Of a stretch of DNA of 64,000 bases, positions 34,433 to 46,527 are shown piece after piece. The position numbers were made by a program, and so were the translations under genes. The notes beneath the pieces were generated by a model. That model had not been told where the DNA came from. It worked only from the letters and a program-made list of their open reading frames with translations, and made no database searches. The stretch lies in assembly GCA_048594375.1 (NCBI GenBank), contig JBMDXK010000009.1, positions 26,288-90,287 on the forward strand. Direction: 5' to 3'. Positions within the stretch are counted from its first letter, which is position 1, and every line of letters begins with the position of its first letter. The stretch is from Methylopilaceae bacterium (GTDB lineage Bacteria; Pseudomonadota; Alphaproteobacteria; Rhizobiales; Methylopilaceae).

Positions 34433-34882
34433 ATGCTATCAGAATACGGTGTTATTTCACGCGATGCCTTGCAGTCACAACAAAGTGCATCGTCTTTGGC
34501 AGATGCGTTTGGAGAAAGCTTGGCACGGCAAGGCAGCATGGCTTCGCAAAATATGTCTTTCAAAAAAACATTTTCCTCAATTTCCAATTCATCACCATCT
34601 CCTGTAAAAACGGAGCGTCCTGCCAATTACACATCATCCACTCCCCCGGTAAATTTCAATTCTGCTGACCAGACAAGAAGTTTTACTCCTGCGAATGCCC
34701 CAAGAAATTCCAGTCTGTATGTTGATGAAAGACCAGATTCTGTTTTGAGTTTCCTAGGTCCACGCACGGAAGTTGCTCTTTACACTTTTTTAGTTCTGGG
34801 CGCCATTGCTGCAATCGCGGCTATTCCGGCCTATATGCCAGGTGAAGAAGGTGGTCAGCCGCCTGTAAGTGCTCCAGGCTAA
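34433..34882 (+). CDS. hypothetical Ser/Pro-rich protein with a single C-terminal TM helix (orphan)
   Basis: 149 aa with an aggggaaag SD. The N-terminal 115 aa are Ser/Thr/Pro/Asn-rich with no signal peptide. A hydrophobic helix ALYTFLVLGAIAAIAAIPAY lies near the C-terminus. Confidence 0.55.
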   Translation: MLSEYGVISRDALQSQQSASSLADAFGESLARQGSMASQNMSFKKTFSSISNSSPSPVKTERPANYTSSTPPVNFNSADQTRSFTPANAPRNSSLYVDERPDSVLSFLGPRTEVALYTFLVLGAIAAIAAIPAYMPGEEGGQPPVSAPG

Positions 34883-35237
34883 TAATGAGCGTGAGAATTC
34901 AGGGCGTTTTTTGTAAAAACGATCCTGAAAATCCAGAACGGCGCGCAAATTGATGCCTTCACTGTGAGTCGTTTCCCCACAGGCGGTCAAAAGATGCGAA
35001 TGCAGGGCAATCTTTGTGTTCAGGATAGGTTTTTGTGAAAGAGAATTCTGCAATATTCTGCATTTTTTGTTCTGCGGTGTAGAAAATAATAAAATATGGC
35101 GCATGAGGCTTTTCATCAGGCCATTAAGCGTGTACACGAAGTGCTTAGCTTAACATCTTTTTGAAATTTGCCGGAGCCTTCATGCGCGAAACCGTGTGCA
35201 TGGGTGCGTTCCGGCGCGAACCGGATGGCCGGAACCT

Positions 35238-38200
35238 ATGCCAAAACGCAACGATATTTCTTCTATTCTCATCATCGGCGCAGGGCCGATTGTCATTGGT
35301 CAGGCTTGCGAGTTTGATTATTCCGGCACGCAGGCTTGCAAAACCCTTCGTTCCGAGGGTTATAAAATCATTTTGGTGAACTCCAATCCAGCCACCATTA
35401 TGACCGATCCAGATCTGGCGGATGTTACCTACATTGAGCCGATTACGCCGGAAATTGTTGCAAAAATTATTGAAAAAGAGCGCCCCGATGCGTTGTTGCC
35501 CACCATGGGCGGCCAGACAGCTCTGAATTGCGCTTTGTCTTTGCGCAAGATGGGCGTGCTTGAAAAATATAATGTGGAGATGATTGGCGCCACAGCGGAA
35601 GCCATTGATAAGGCGGAAGATCGCGAACTGTTCCGCGAGGCCATGACCAAAATCGGGCTGGATACGCCCCGCTCGCATCTGGCACACAATCTTGCAGAAG
35701 CCATGACCGCGCTGGAAGACATCGGCCTGCCTGCAATTATCCGTCCTTCCTTTACCATGGGCGGTACTGGTGGTGGTATTGCTTACAACCGCGAAGAGTT
35801 TCTCACCATTGTGGAAAGCGGTCTGGATGCCTCCCCCACCACCGAAATCCTGATTGAGGAATCGGTACTGGGCTGGAAAGAATACGAGATGGAAGTGGTG
35901 CGCGACAAAGCGGACAACGCCATTATCGTGTGTTCCATTGAAAATTTTGACCCGATGGGCATTCATACGGGTGATTCTATCACTGTTGCCCCTGCCCTTA
36001 CCCTCACCGATAAAGAATACCAGATCATGCGCGATGCCTCGCTGGCGGTTCTGCGCGAAATCGGCGTGGAAACCGGCGGTTCCAACGTGCAATTTGCCAT
36101 CAATCCTGCCAATGGCCGGATGATTGTCATTGAAATGAATCCGCGTGTATCCCGCTCGTCGGCATTGGCATCCAAAGCGACCGGCTTCCCTATTGCCAAA
36201 GTGGCCGCCAAACTTGCAGTGGGCTACACACTGGATGAAATCGAGAACGACATTACCGGCGGAGCAACACCGGCATCCTTCGAGCCGGCGCTTGATTATA
36301 TTGTGGTGAAAATTCCGCGTTTTGCCTTTGAAAAGTTCCCCGGCGCCGAGCCTTATCTCACCACGGCGATGAAATCTGTGGGCGAGGCAATGTCGATTGC
36401 GCGCACCTTCCCGGAAGCGTTGCAAAAAGCGCTGCGTTCGCTGGAGACCGGCCTTTCCGGGCTTGATGAAATCGAGATCAAGGGGCTGGGCGTAGGCGAT
36501 GACAAGAATGCTATCCGCGCGGCATTGGCAAGCCCGACCCCGGATCGTATTCTGGTGATGGCACAGGCGCTGCGTCTGGGCGTAAGCGATCAGGCGATCC
36601 ATGAAGCCTGTGCGGTTGACCCTTGGTTCATTGAGCAGATGCGGTTGATTATTGAAGCCGAACAGCGCATTAAGCAGTTTGGTTTGCCTGAAACCCCTGG
36701 TGCGTTTCATGGGTTGAAAGCGTTAGGCTTTGGTGATGCCCGTCTGGCACAACTTTCTGGTAAGAGCGAAGAGGCTGTGCGGGCTTTGCGTCTGGGTCTT
36801 GGTGTGCGTCCGGTTTACAAACGGATTGATACCTGCGCGGCTGAATTTTCAGCGCCCACAGCCTATATGTATTCCACCTATGCGCCAACGTTTGATACTG
36901 CACCAGCGTGTGAAGCCAAGCCGTCAGAGCGCAAGAAAGTGGTTATTCTGGGCGGTGGGCCAAACCGTATCGGACAGGGTATCGAGTTTGATTATTGCTG
37001 TTGCCATGCGGCGTTTGCGTTGTCAGAAGCGGGTTATGAAACCATCATGGTCAACTGCAATCCGGAGACGGTTTCCACGGATTATGATACTTCAGACCGG
37101 CTGTATTTCGAGCCACTGACCACGGAAAACGTGCTGGATATTCTGGAAGTGGAAAAAGCGAATGGCACCTTGCATGGTGTTATTGTGCAGTTTGGCGGTC
37201 AAACCCCGTTGAAGCTGGCATCCAGCCTTGAAAAAGCGGGCATTCCAATTCTGGGTACCACCGTGGATGCTATTGATCTTGCGGAAGACCGTGATCGGTT
37301 TAAGCACTTGCTGGATCAGATCGGCCTGCGCCAGCCCAAAAACGGGATCGCCACAAGCGCGGAGCAAGCGTTCAAGATTGTTGAGGAAATTGGCTATCCG
37401 GTGGTTATTCGCCCATCCTATGTTCTGGGTGGCCGCGCCATGGAAATCGTGCATGATGCCACCCAGCTTGAGCGTTATATGCGCGAGGCGGTTGTGGTGT
37501 CCGGTTCAAGCCCTGTGTTGATTGACCGTTACCTTTCCGATGCCATCGAGGTGGATGTGGATGCACTTAGCGATGGCAAGGACGTGTTTATCACCGGCAT
37601 TATGGAACACATTGAAGAAGCGGGTATTCATTCCGGCGACTCGGCCTGTTCCTTGCCGCCGCATTCTTTGCCGCAAAATATAATTGCGGATATTGAAGAG
37701 CAGACGCGCAAAATGGCGTTGGCACTGAAGGTCGGCGGCTTGATGAACGTGCAGTATGCGGTCAAAGACGGCGATGTCTATGTGCTGGAAGTCAATCCCC
37801 GCGCCTCGCGTACAGTGCCATTTGTTGCCAAAGCCGTTGGCTTGCCGATAGCGAAAATCGCGTCCCGCATTATGGCGGGTGAGTCTCTGGCAAGCTTTAA
37901 CCTGAAAAAGCCGCAGCTCGATCATATTGCGGTGAAAGAAGCGGTATTCCCGTTTGCGCGTTTTCCGGGTGTGGATACGGTGCTTGGTCCTGAGATGCGC
38001 TCCACAGGCGAGGTCATGGGGCTGGATAAGGATTATTCCGTAGCTTTTGCGAAAAGCCAGCTGGGTGGCGGCACCCGTGTGCCGAAAGCAGGTACATTGT
38101 TTGTATCGGTGCGCGAGCATGACAAGCTGCGTATTTTGCCCAGCATTAAAATGTTGGAAGAAATCGGCTTTAATATTGTGGCCACATCCGGCACGCAGCG

Positions 38201-38492
38201 CTTTTTAAGCGAACACGGCGTGAAAGCGGAAAAGATCAACAAGGTGCTGGAAGGCCGGCCGCACATTGTGGATGCCATCAAGAACGGGCAGATCCAGCTG
38301 GTGTTTAATACCACAGAAGGAGCCCAAGCGCTTCTTGATAGTCGTTCATTAAGGCGTGAAGCCCTCTTGCATAAAGTACCATATTATACCACCCTATCCG
38401 GAGCGATTGCTGCCGCGCAGGGAATCCGTGCTTATCTGGGGGGAGATCTGGAAGTCCGCGCGCTTCAATCTTATTTCCCGAAGCCAGCCTGA
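35238..38492 (+). CDS. carB: carbamoyl-phosphate synthase large subunit
   Basis: [35 protein letters not shown]..., duplicated ATP-grasp halves and an MGS-like C-terminus. Confidence 0.98.
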   Translation: MPKRNDISSILIIGAGPIVIGQACEFDYSGTQACKTLRSEGYKIILVNSNPATIMTDPDLADVTYIEPITPEIVAKIIEKERPDALLPTMGGQTALNCALSLRKMGVLEKYNVEMIGATAEAIDKAEDRELFREAMTKIGLDTPRSHLAHNLAEAMTALEDIGLPAIIRPSFTMGGTGGGIAYNREEFLTIVESGLDASPTTEILIEESVLGWKEYEMEVVRDKADNAIIVCSIENFDPMGIHTGDSITVAPALTLTDKEYQIMRDASLAVLREIGVETGGSNVQFAINPANGRMIVIEMNPRVSRSSALASKATGFPIAKVAAKLAVGYTLDEIENDITGGATPASFEPALDYIVVKIPRFAFEKFPGAEPYLTTAMKSVGEAMSIARTFPEALQKALRSLETGLSGLDEIEIKGLGVGDDKNAIRAALASPTPDRILVMAQALRLGVSDQAIHEACAVDPWFIEQMRLIIEAEQRIKQFGLPETPGAFHGLKALGFGDARLAQLSGKSEEAVRALRLGLGVRPVYKRIDTCAAEFSAPTAYMYSTYAPTFDTAPACEAKPSERKKVVILGGGPNRIGQGIEFDYCCCHAAFALSEAGYETIMVNCNPETVSTDYDTSDRLYFEPLTTENVLDILEVEKANGTLHGVIVQFGGQTPLKLASSLEKAGIPILGTTVDAIDLAEDRDRFKHLLDQIGLRQPKNGIATSAEQAFKIVEEIGYPVVIRPSYVLGGRAMEIVHDATQLERYMREAVVVSGSSPVLIDRYLSDAIEVDVDALSDGKDVFITGIMEHIEEAGIHSGDSACSLPPHSLPQNIIADIEEQTRKMALALKVGGLMNVQYAVKDGDVYVLEVNPRASRTVPFVAKAVGLPIAKIASRIMAGESLASFNLKKPQLDHIAVKEAVFPFARFPGVDTVLGPEMRSTGEVMGLDKDYSVAFAKSQLGGGTRVPKAGTLFVSVREHDKLRILPSIKMLEEIGFNIVATSGTQRFLSEHGVKAEKINKVLEGRPHIVDAIKNGQIQLVFNTTEGAQALLDSRSLRREALLHKVPYYTTLSGAIAAAQGIRAYLGGDLEVRALQSYFPKPA

Positions 38493-38619
38493 ACCGGAGC
38501 ACACAATAAATTTTGTTAGGCACAGCAGTGTTTAACGGATGGCATAACAATGCTGAATAACGCACTATGCTGGGTTGCAAGGCTTGGCATGGTGCATTTT
38601 AACATTTTGAGAGAATAAA

Positions 38620-39093
38620 ATGGAAAAAGTTCCGATGACCATGACGGGTCATACTGCTCTTGAGAATGAATTGAAGTTCCGCACAGCCGAGGAACGTCCG
38701 CGCATTATTGAAGCGATTGCTGAAGCGCGTTCTCATGGTGATTTGTCTGAAAATGCCGAGTACCATGCCGCCAAAGAGCAGCAATCCCTCAATGAGGGGC
38801 GCATTGCGGAGCTGGAAAGTGTGCTTGCGCGTGCGGAAATCATTGATCCATCCAAGCTTTCAGGCGAAAACGTCACGTTTGGTGCCACGGTTAAAATGGT
38901 GGACGAAGATACGGATGAAGAAAAAACCTACCAGATTGTGGGTGATTTTGAAGCCGATGTAAAAAAAGGCCGTATTTCAATTTCATCGCCAATTGCCCGT
39001 GGATTGCTGGGAAAAAGCGTAGGCGATCAGGTAGAAATCACCGCACCGGGTGGAGCGCGTTCCTTTGAAATTCTGGAAGTGAAATTTATCTGA
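38620..39093 (+). CDS. greA: transcription elongation factor GreA
   Basis: [53 protein letters not shown]... Confidence 0.97.
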   Translation: MEKVPMTMTGHTALENELKFRTAEERPRIIEAIAEARSHGDLSENAEYHAAKEQQSLNEGRIAELESVLARAEIIDPSKLSGENVTFGATVKMVDEDTDEEKTYQIVGDFEADVKKGRISISSPIARGLLGKSVGDQVEITAPGGARSFEILEVKFI

Positions 39094-39158
39094 ATACAGC
39101 AAGAGGGGTGCCGGAAAAGAGCGGCAGCCCTCTTGAAACACTTAAAGTAAAAGATTCC

Positions 39159-40748
39159 ATGGTTCAATCTGCAAGCGCCAGCAACAGTCCTGAATATTCT
39201 GTTTCGGAACTTTCCACGGCACTTAAGCGTACGGTGGAAGATGCTTTTGCGCATGTGCGGGTGCGGGGGGAAATCTCCGGTTATCGTGGGCCTCACAGCT
39301 CTGGTCATGTCTATTTCACCCTGAAAGACCAGAACGCAAAGATTGATGCAATTATCTGGAAAGGCACATTTTCCAGACTAAAAAGCCGTCCGGAAGAAGG
39401 TCTTGAGGTAATTGCCACGGGGAAATTATCAACCTTTCCCGGCAAGTCGTCTTACCAGATCATTATTGAAGCGATGGAACCTGCGGGCATCGGCGCATTG
39501 CTTGCCCAGCTGGAAGAGCGGAAAAAACGCTTGGCGGCAGAAGGCTTGTTCGATGCAGACCGCAAGCGTCCCCTGCCCTATTTGCCCCGTACCATTGGCG
39601 TGATTACCTCCCCGACGGGCGCGGTGATTCGTGATATTCTGCACCGCCTTAGCGATCGTTTTCCTACACGGGTTCTTGTGTGGCCTGTGCGTGTGCAGGG
39701 GGAAACCAGCGCGGCAGAAGTGGCCGCAGCCATTGAGGGCTTTAATGCGCTCACCGAACACGGTGCCATTCCGCGTCCGGATGTGTTGATTGTGGCGCGC
39801 GGCGGCGGTAGCCTCGAAGACCTGTGGAGCTTTAACGAAGAAATTGTTGTGCGTGCGGCAGCTGCAAGTGTCATCCCGCTGATTTCTGCGGTGGGGCATG
39901 AAACGGATACCACGCTGATTGATTTTGCGTCCGACCGCCGCGCACCTACCCCCACGGGTGCGGCTGAAATGGCTGTGCCGGTACGGGCGGAATTGTTGGC
40001 ACAAACCCGTTCTTTGTCGGCGCGGCTGGCCAACGGCATTCAGCGCAATCTGGAAAACCGCAAGAATGCACTGCGGGCATTAACACGGGTATTGCCGCAA
40101 GCTTCTGAACTGCTGGCGACACCCCGCCAGAGGCTTGATTATCTTTCAAGCCGCCTCACGCCAGCACTGCTCAACACCATTCAGAAAAAGCGGCTGCATT
40201 TCATAAAGCAGGCGGCTCAGCTCCAGCACAATACGCCAGCCAACCGGCTTTCCCGCACCCGCGACCGCTTGGCGCATCTTTCCCAACGCATGGCACAGGC
40301 GCAAAAAAACCGTACAGCCACGCTGCATCATCGGCTGACCGGCACAGCAAACCGCCTTACGCCGCGCCTGGTTGTGCGCAATCTGCACCAGAAAACAGAA
40401 AAATTGAATCTGCTCACCCAGCGCCACCAGCGCATAACAGCCAGCATTTATGAGCCCCGCCGGAAGCACCTGCAAAACCTTTCCCAATTGCTGAATGCTT
40501 TTTCTTATCAGGGTGTTTTGGAGCGTGGTTTTGCTTTGGTGCGGGACGAAAAAGGGACTCCCCTCCGCTCCACCACTCAGACCCATGCGGGCATGGCTTT
40601 GAGCATGACCTTAGCGGATGGAACTGTCAGTGTGCATGTGGACACAGGAACCCGACCGGCTCCTTCTGAAACATTATCCGCGCCGTCCAAAGCATCCTCA
40701 AAACCACGCAAACCCGACACACCCCCTCTTCAAGGAAAACTGTTTTGA
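39159..40748 (+). CDS. xseA: exodeoxyribonuclease VII large subunit
   Basis: N-terminal OB fold (YSVSELSTALKRTVEDAFAHVRVRGEISGYRGPHSSGHVYFTLKD), catalytic core and a long helical C-terminus. The start is uncertain (39108 GTG or 39159 ATG). Confidence 0.9.
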   Translation: MVQSASASNSPEYSVSELSTALKRTVEDAFAHVRVRGEISGYRGPHSSGHVYFTLKDQNAKIDAIIWKGTFSRLKSRPEEGLEVIATGKLSTFPGKSSYQIIIEAMEPAGIGALLAQLEERKKRLAAEGLFDADRKRPLPYLPRTIGVITSPTGAVIRDILHRLSDRFPTRVLVWPVRVQGETSAAEVAAAIEGFNALTEHGAIPRPDVLIVARGGGSLEDLWSFNEEIVVRAAAASVIPLISAVGHETDTTLIDFASDRRAPTPTGAAEMAVPVRAELLAQTRSLSARLANGIQRNLENRKNALRALTRVLPQASELLATPRQRLDYLSSRLTPALLNTIQKKRLHFIKQAAQLQHNTPANRLSRTRDRLAHLSQRMAQAQKNRTATLHHRLTGTANRLTPRLVVRNLHQKTEKLNLLTQRHQRITASIYEPRRKHLQNLSQLLNAFSYQGVLERGFALVRDEKGTPLRSTTQTHAGMALSMTLADGTVSVHVDTGTRPAPSETLSAPSKASSKPRKPDTPPLQGKLF

Positions 40749-41227
40749 TGCGCTTTTCTGCAATCACGCCAACCGTTTCCCAAAAAATAACCCGGAACAT
40801 GGCTCAGGAAGCAGCTTTTAACGCACGTTTTCTGGATCCGGTTGCAAAGTCGGTGACATTTCAAACGCACAATGCTGAAATATTCAAAAGGCAATTGAGC
40901 ACACTGGATTACGGCAGTCGGCGTGAAGAAGCCAAAAATTTAGTCGCTGGAATGACAGCCTTAGCCGAAGAAAACACAACCCATCTGCCTCAAATCACGG
41001 AAGGCAGATTCACGGCAGGGGTACTGCATAAGTATTTTCAAGGCTCCCCCTTACCCGACAAGAGGGTTCAACCACTGTATAATCGGATGGAAAACGGTTT
41101 ACAAATAGCCAAAGAAACCATCATTCCCAATGCAGAAACGTTTCAGGCCAAGTCACATCTCTATCAAGATAACCTTGCGCAAGCGATTGAAGAAACAACC
41201 GCTCGCCTGAACAGCAAAAAAGCCTGA
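40748..41227 (+). CDS. hypothetical protein (orphan)
   Basis: 159 aa. Its ATG overlaps the xseA stop (TGATG). No signal peptide, TM segment or recognisable family. Convergent with ileS. Confidence 0.5.
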   Translation: MRFSAITPTVSQKITRNMAQEAAFNARFLDPVAKSVTFQTHNAEIFKRQLSTLDYGSRREEAKNLVAGMTALAEENTTHLPQITEGRFTAGVLHKYFQGSPLPDKRVQPLYNRMENGLQIAKETIIPNAETFQAKSHLYQDNLAQAIEETTARLNSKKA

Positions 41228-41244
41228 ACCAAAAGGCCACACAC

Positions 41245-44199
41245 TTAAAGCGTATGGCGTGCTTTCCATTCGCGCATTGCCTGGGCATCGCGCAGCGTAA
41301 TATCGGGATATTCCGCATCACTGCCCACATCCTGCGCAATGCGCCATGAACGCTGGCATTTTTTGCCCACCGCACGGGCAAACACAACCGCAATACCGGC
41401 CACATCATTCAGACGGAATGCGTTTTCTGGCGCGTTACCCGCTTCCACACAAATGGCAGAGGTAATGCAAATATCCGCAAAGTTTACGTCTTCCAGCACC
41501 GACCGCAACGCGGCATCCTCAACATAAACCACCGGCGCGGCCTCTAGTGAGGAACCAATGTTTTTTGCTGCACGCTCAATTTCCAGCGCGCCCGTTACAA
41601 CGCGGCGCACATCGGCAATGCTGTCCCATTTTGCGGCCAGAGCGTTATCACGGAACTGATCCGGCACGTGCGGGAAGCTTTCCAGATGCACCGAGCCGGT
41701 ATCCGATGGGTGCCGCACCAGCCACGCTTCTTCCGCCGTAAACGGGATAAACGGCGCCAGCCAGCGCACCATGTAATTGAACACAATATCAATGGTGGTC
41801 AGTGCCGAATGCCGCGCATGGGAAGAAATCGGATCGCAATAGAGCGTATCTTTGCGAATATCGAAGTAGAAGGCAGAAAGCTCATTGGTGGCAAAATTTA
41901 TGATGGCGGCAAAAGCCCGTTTGAAATTATAAGTTTCATAGCTTTCGCGCACCACCGCGCCCAGCACAGCAAGATTGTGCAGCACAGAGCGTTCCAGTTC
42001 GGGCAAATCACCGTGCGGCACAATATCAGCGTTATCCAGATGGTGCAGCGCGCCCAGCATCCAGCGCAGCGTGTTGCGCAATTTGCGGTACACTTCCACA
42101 TTGGTTTTGAGAATTTCCGGCCCAATGCGCAGATCATCCGCATAATCGGAAGCAATCACCCACAGGCGCAGAATATCGGCGCCGGACTGTTTAATCACAT
42201 CTTGGGGTGCCACCACATTGCCCACGGATTTGGACATTTTGCGGCCTTTTTCATCCAGCACAAAGCCATGCGTCAGCAAGGATTTGTACGGCGCATGGCC
42301 GCGTGTGCCGCAAGCCTCCAGCAAAGAGGAATGGAACCAGCCACGGTGCTGGTCAGAGCCTTCCAGATACATATCCGCAGGGGCGCGCAAATCATCACGG
42401 CCTTCCAGCACAAAAGCGTGGGTGGAGCCGGAATCAAACCACACATCCAGAATATCGGCGACTTTTTCATAATCAGCAGCCTGATATTTTTCACCGAGGA
42501 AACTCTGGCCATCCGCATCCGCAAACCACGCATCGGCGCCATCACGGCGGAACGCCTCCTGAATACGCGCATTCACATCCGCATCGTTCAGAATTTTGCC
42601 GGTTGCTTTTTCCACAAACACGGCAATCGGCACGCCCCATGCCCGCTGGCGGGAGACCACCCAGTCCGGCCGGTTTTCAATCATGCCTTTCAGGCGGTTT
42701 TTGCCCTGCGGCGGATAGAAAGTGGTTTGCTCAATAGCATCCAGCGCCCGCACGCGCAGGGTATCACCCGCGCCCTTGTCCAGCTCTTTATCCATAGCAA
42801 TAAACCACTGCGGCGTATTGCGGTAAATCACCGGCGCTTTGGAGCGCCATGAATGCGGATACTGGTGACGCAAGCGCCCTGAAGCCATCAGCGCACCCGC
42901 TTCTTTCAGCGCCGCAATCACCGCAGCATTGGCTCCGCCATCTTTGCCTTTGTCATCATAAACCCGCACATCCATACCGCCAAACAGCGGCACATCAGGG
43001 AAGTAGCGGCCAAACGCATCCACCGTATGCGGCACTGCGCCCAGACGGTTGTTCATCCAGAGAATATAATCGTCCTGACCATGCCCAGGCGCAATATGCA
43101 CAAAACCCGTACCCGTATCATCGGTAACAAAATCACCATTGAGTACGGGAACAGGAAAGTTATAACCCGCAGAATGCAACGGGTGCGCGCATGTCCATCC
43201 ACTCGGATCAACGGTCTGCATTCTTCTGAAACCATCGTCTTGAATGCGAGCCGCTTTAAAGGCATTAGCAGCCAGATTATCGGCAAGGATAAGCTTTTCG
43301 CCTGTTTTCACCCAGTTATCTTCGGGCAAACCTTCCTGTGTCACCTCATAAAGGCCGTAAGAAATAGCTTTCGAGAACGCAATCGCGCGGTTGCCGGGCA
43401 AAGTCCAAGGCGTCGTTGTCCAGATAACAATGGAAGCATCATCAAGAGATTTTCCGAGCTCAACTGTTTTGCCTGCACCATAATCAGTTACAATACGGGG
43501 CTTTTTAAGTTCAGCTGCCTTCACCGGAAACTTCACAAACAGCGTCGTACTTTGATGCTCGTGGTATTCCACCTCGGCTTCGGCCAGCGCGGTGCGCTCC
43601 ACCACGCTCCACATCACGGGTTTAGAACCGCGGTAAAGCTGGCCGGTTTCGGCAAATTTCATGATTTCGCCGGCAATGATGGCTTCGGCGGCATAGTTCA
43701 TAGTGGTGTAGGGATTATTCCAGTCGCCTTCAACACCTAGACGCTTGAATTCGGCGCGCTGCACGTCAATCCATTTTTCCGCATAAACGCGGCATTCGCG
43801 GCGGAAATCGTTGACGGGAATTTCGTCTTTGTTTTTGCCTTTGGCGCGGTATTCTTCTTCCACTTTCCATTCAATGGGCAAACCGTGGCAATCCCAGCCG
43901 GGAACGTAGTTTGCGTCAAAGCCCATCATCTGGCGGGAGCGCACCACAACATCTTTGAGGATTTTGTTGAGCGCATGGCCAATGTGCAGATGCCCGTTGG
44001 CGTAAGGCGGGCCATCATGCAGCACAAAAGCCTCGCGGTTCTTACCCTGCTCTCTCAGTTTGCCATAAAGCCCAATACGTTCCCACCGTTCCAGCAGAGC
44101 GGGTTCTTTTTTCGGCAACTCTGCCCGCATACCAAAATCGGTTTTTGGCAGAAACAGGGTCTGGGAATAATCAAAAGGGGTATTGGATGAATCGGTCAT
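41245..44199 (-). CDS. ileS: isoleucine--tRNA ligase
   Basis: 984 aa with the class I signatures [11 protein letters not shown] and KMSKS. Confidence 0.98.
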   Translation of the reverse strand: MTDSSNTPFDYSQTLFLPKTDFGMRAELPKKEPALLERWERIGLYGKLREQGKNREAFVLHDGPPYANGHLHIGHALNKILKDVVVRSRQMMGFDANYVPGWDCHGLPIEWKVEEEYRAKGKNKDEIPVNDFRRECRVYAEKWIDVQRAEFKRLGVEGDWNNPYTTMNYAAEAIIAGEIMKFAETGQLYRGSKPVMWSVVERTALAEAEVEYHEHQSTTLFVKFPVKAAELKKPRIVTDYGAGKTVELGKSLDDASIVIWTTTPWTLPGNRAIAFSKAISYGLYEVTQEGLPEDNWVKTGEKLILADNLAANAFKAARIQDDGFRRMQTVDPSGWTCAHPLHSAGYNFPVPVLNGDFVTDDTGTGFVHIAPGHGQDDYILWMNNRLGAVPHTVDAFGRYFPDVPLFGGMDVRVYDDKGKDGGANAAVIAALKEAGALMASGRLRHQYPHSWRSKAPVIYRNTPQWFIAMDKELDKGAGDTLRVRALDAIEQTTFYPPQGKNRLKGMIENRPDWVVSRQRAWGVPIAVFVEKATGKILNDADVNARIQEAFRRDGADAWFADADGQSFLGEKYQAADYEKVADILDVWFDSGSTHAFVLEGRDDLRAPADMYLEGSDQHRGWFHSSLLEACGTRGHAPYKSLLTHGFVLDEKGRKMSKSVGNVVAPQDVIKQSGADILRLWVIASDYADDLRIGPEILKTNVEVYRKLRNTLRWMLGALHHLDNADIVPHGDLPELERSVLHNLAVLGAVVRESYETYNFKRAFAAIINFATNELSAFYFDIRKDTLYCDPISSHARHSALTTIDIVFNYMVRWLAPFIPFTAEEAWLVRHPSDTGSVHLESFPHVPDQFRDNALAAKWDSIADVRRVVTGALEIERAAKNIGSSLEAAPVVYVEDAALRSVLEDVNFADICITSAICVEAGNAPENAFRLNDVAGIAVVFARAVGKKCQRSWRIAQDVGSDAEYPDITLRDAQAMREWKARHTL

Positions 44200-44287
44200 G
44201 GCTCTCTTTCCACTTGCTGGCGCAGTTCTAGCCCATTTTGCGCCGTTGTGGAAAGAGAAAACTCCCCCTCACCCCCTATAATCTGCA

Positions 44288-45919
44288 TCACGTATTGGCT
44301 GGTGGTGCTGGGGTTATTTCATCAGAATGCGGATCAACCGGCACAGGAAGAGCAACACTTTCTAAATCTTTGATAACATTAACAGTTATTTCTGAAAGCA
44401 ATAATATTTGTTTTATTCTATCTACATAATCTTTATGAAGGAGAAGATCCAAGTAAACACCGTTTAAAGTAATACGCTCTTTTACTACAGAAGTATTGTC
44501 TTCCGGATTAAAAGTAACCTTCTTTTCAATTTTAAAAATTTTCAGAATACCCTCCATTTTTTCCTGGTACCATTTCTTTATATCAAGCGTCACCTCAGGA
44601 GCGAGATTTTCCACTATCTTTGCGATTAATTGAGGAATGGTAAAACCGCTGTTTTTTAATCGCATCTCTAAAATACGACTCATCCACCAAATAAAAACCA
44701 TCTGTGGCTCAATATACCTCTGAGGAAATGCTATAGCGGCCATACTTACAAGAAAGGGAGTATCGTAAGAAATGAAATTCTCATGCAAATTGTCTATAGT
44801 TATAGCATCATTGCTTGAAGTTCTTTCATTTTGAGCCCTGACATCAAAGGGACTTTCCTTATGCAAAAACATAAAAGGCAATAAATAAAAGTAATAATGT
44901 AAATTCGAACTTTGACGAGATGATCTATTTTCAGGATGTAAAATTTTTTCTATATTGTTAAAAGAAGAAAATATGCTGGGAATTATCTTTTCAGCAACGT
45001 GCCCATCATTGAGGGCTTTAGTTTCAGATTGCAGAATAGCATCCCCAATAGGCTCTCTATTCTTGTGCCGCGTGAAAATATTTTCTTGCAGAGTAATAAA
45101 TGCTTCAAAAAACGTCTCAGGTATGGGAAAATTTTCAGTGAATCGATGGCTCTCAAAAATACTACCGGTGGAAAAACTCTGCCCCGGAGGGGATACATTT
45201 TTATTGAGCCATCTTCCATTATCAACAAAGGCTTTAAAGACAGAACGATAAAGCCCATCGCCTGCAAAAGCAGAAAGGTGATCCGCACCAGCCCGTGATC
45301 TGTGTTTTTCTAGAGCATTATCTACTGCATCAAGAACCTGTTCAGAAATACGATACTTTCCAGTATGTATAATACGTCTTTGATATTGTGACGCAGAGGC
45401 ATTAGCAGGAGGTGATACCGGTTCGGCCTCTAGGCTATAGAGAGGAAGCGGTTCATTTGGATCTATTTGCGGAACTGTATAGCTGGGCGGGAATTGAAAA
45501 TTACCGTCGTTTACATACGCTCTGACAAACTCAGGTATCAAACCATATGTCTGGTTCCTTTGAAGAAACTCAACAACAGGCTGAAAACCTTTTATCCATG
45601 CTAATGCCAGCTCTCGTTTGGGAGCAATGTCTTTTCCAGTCCAGATAATGACTTCAGCTGCTGATGGATCAAATTTCCCAGTTGAAACATCAATGGGTAC
45701 AATTTGATCAGAATATCGCGGCGTATTAGAGGAAGAACCCGCCGAAGAGGGGGCATTTGTTTTATTTTTCCTCCCAAATAACCCCATATTCTGCGTTTCC
45801 AAACCTGAAACCTGCGCTGCCGGTTGTCCTGCCCCCTCAAGCGCTGCAGAAAAATCACGATCAACCATTGTATCTGCAACAGTAATATCGGCTTTTTGGA
45901 AGGAAATTTCTGGAAACAT
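44288..45919 (-). CDS. hypothetical protein (orphan, AT-rich islet; candidate secreted effector)
   Basis: 543 aa with an agagg SD 5 nt upstream of the ATG at 45919. It has a Ser/Gly/Ala-rich N-terminus, no signal peptide and no family I can name. It lies directly upstream of ileS on the same strand. Confidence 0.7.
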   Translation of the reverse strand: MFPEISFQKADITVADTMVDRDFSAALEGAGQPAAQVSGLETQNMGLFGRKNKTNAPSSAGSSSNTPRYSDQIVPIDVSTGKFDPSAAEVIIWTGKDIAPKRELALAWIKGFQPVVEFLQRNQTYGLIPEFVRAYVNDGNFQFPPSYTVPQIDPNEPLPLYSLEAEPVSPPANASASQYQRRIIHTGKYRISEQVLDAVDNALEKHRSRAGADHLSAFAGDGLYRSVFKAFVDNGRWLNKNVSPPGQSFSTGSIFESHRFTENFPIPETFFEAFITLQENIFTRHKNREPIGDAILQSETKALNDGHVAEKIIPSIFSSFNNIEKILHPENRSSRQSSNLHYYFYLLPFMFLHKESPFDVRAQNERTSSNDAITIDNLHENFISYDTPFLVSMAAIAFPQRYIEPQMVFIWWMSRILEMRLKNSGFTIPQLIAKIVENLAPEVTLDIKKWYQEKMEGILKIFKIEKKVTFNPEDNTSVVKERITLNGVYLDLLLHKDYVDRIKQILLLSEITVNVIKDLESVALPVPVDPHSDEITPAPPANT

Positions 45920-46065
45920 AAAACCTCTAACACTGTTTACGCACTATCACAAAATAAAATTCACTTTGTGATATTAATATAACTTATTGTATTTATTGAA
46001 CGTTTTTGAAAAAAAAATAAGGAAATCACTCTTTTCTTTTGCAGATTGTTAACCAAAACTATGAA

Positions 46066-46527
46066 TTAACTCATCCTTCTACAGTTAAAAAAATCTTTCA
46101 AGAGAATTTTAGCGTCATGTTCACAAAACCCTGAATAAATTTCTGGTGCGTGGTGGCATGTGGGCTGGTTAAAGAAGCAGCTGCCGGAAACCACAGCTCC
46201 GCCTTTGGGGTCATCTGCGCCGAAATAGAGCCGCCGGATGCGTGCGAACGAGATGGCGCCAGCGCACATGGCGCAAGGTTCCAGCGTTACCCAAAGATCG
46301 CATCCTGACAAGCGTTCTTGCCCCAGAGCCGTACACGCCATGCGTATGGCGATAATTTCGGCGTGTGCGGTGGGGTCGCACCCGATCCGCGTCTGGTTAC
46401 CACCGCGACCCACGACCACACCGTCTTTTACAACCACTGCCCCGACAGGAACTTCCCCGCGCACAGCAGCAAGCCGCGCTTCCTCAAGAGCTTCGGGCAT
46501 GTATGAGCGGTAAGGAGGAGCGGACAT
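46066..46527 (-). CDS. tadA: tRNA adenosine(34) deaminase
   Basis: 153 aa with the HAE (TAHAEIIAI) and PCAMCAGA zinc-binding motifs. Confidence 0.93.
   Translation of the reverse strand: MSAPPYRSYMPEALEEARLAAVRGEVPVGAVVVKDGVVVGRGGNQTRIGCDPTAHAEIIAIRMACTALGQERLSGCDLWVTLEPCAMCAGAISFARIRRLYFGADDPKGGAVVSGSCFFNQPTCHHAPEIYSGFCEHDAKILLKDFFNCRRMS

Noticed and set aside
35145-36710. 521-aa antisense ORF over carB, and similar long antisense ORFs at 17401-18597 (murC), 41668-42852 and 43027-43740 (ileS), 28998-29795 (purK), 22475-23284 (pyrG), 19751-20581 (mgtE), 51746-52498 (coaA), 53819-54553 (hisA) and 37506-38120 (carB)
   Set aside because: In each case the opposite strand encodes a highly conserved protein over its full length. 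These are typical shadow ORFs in moderately GC-rich coding DNA.
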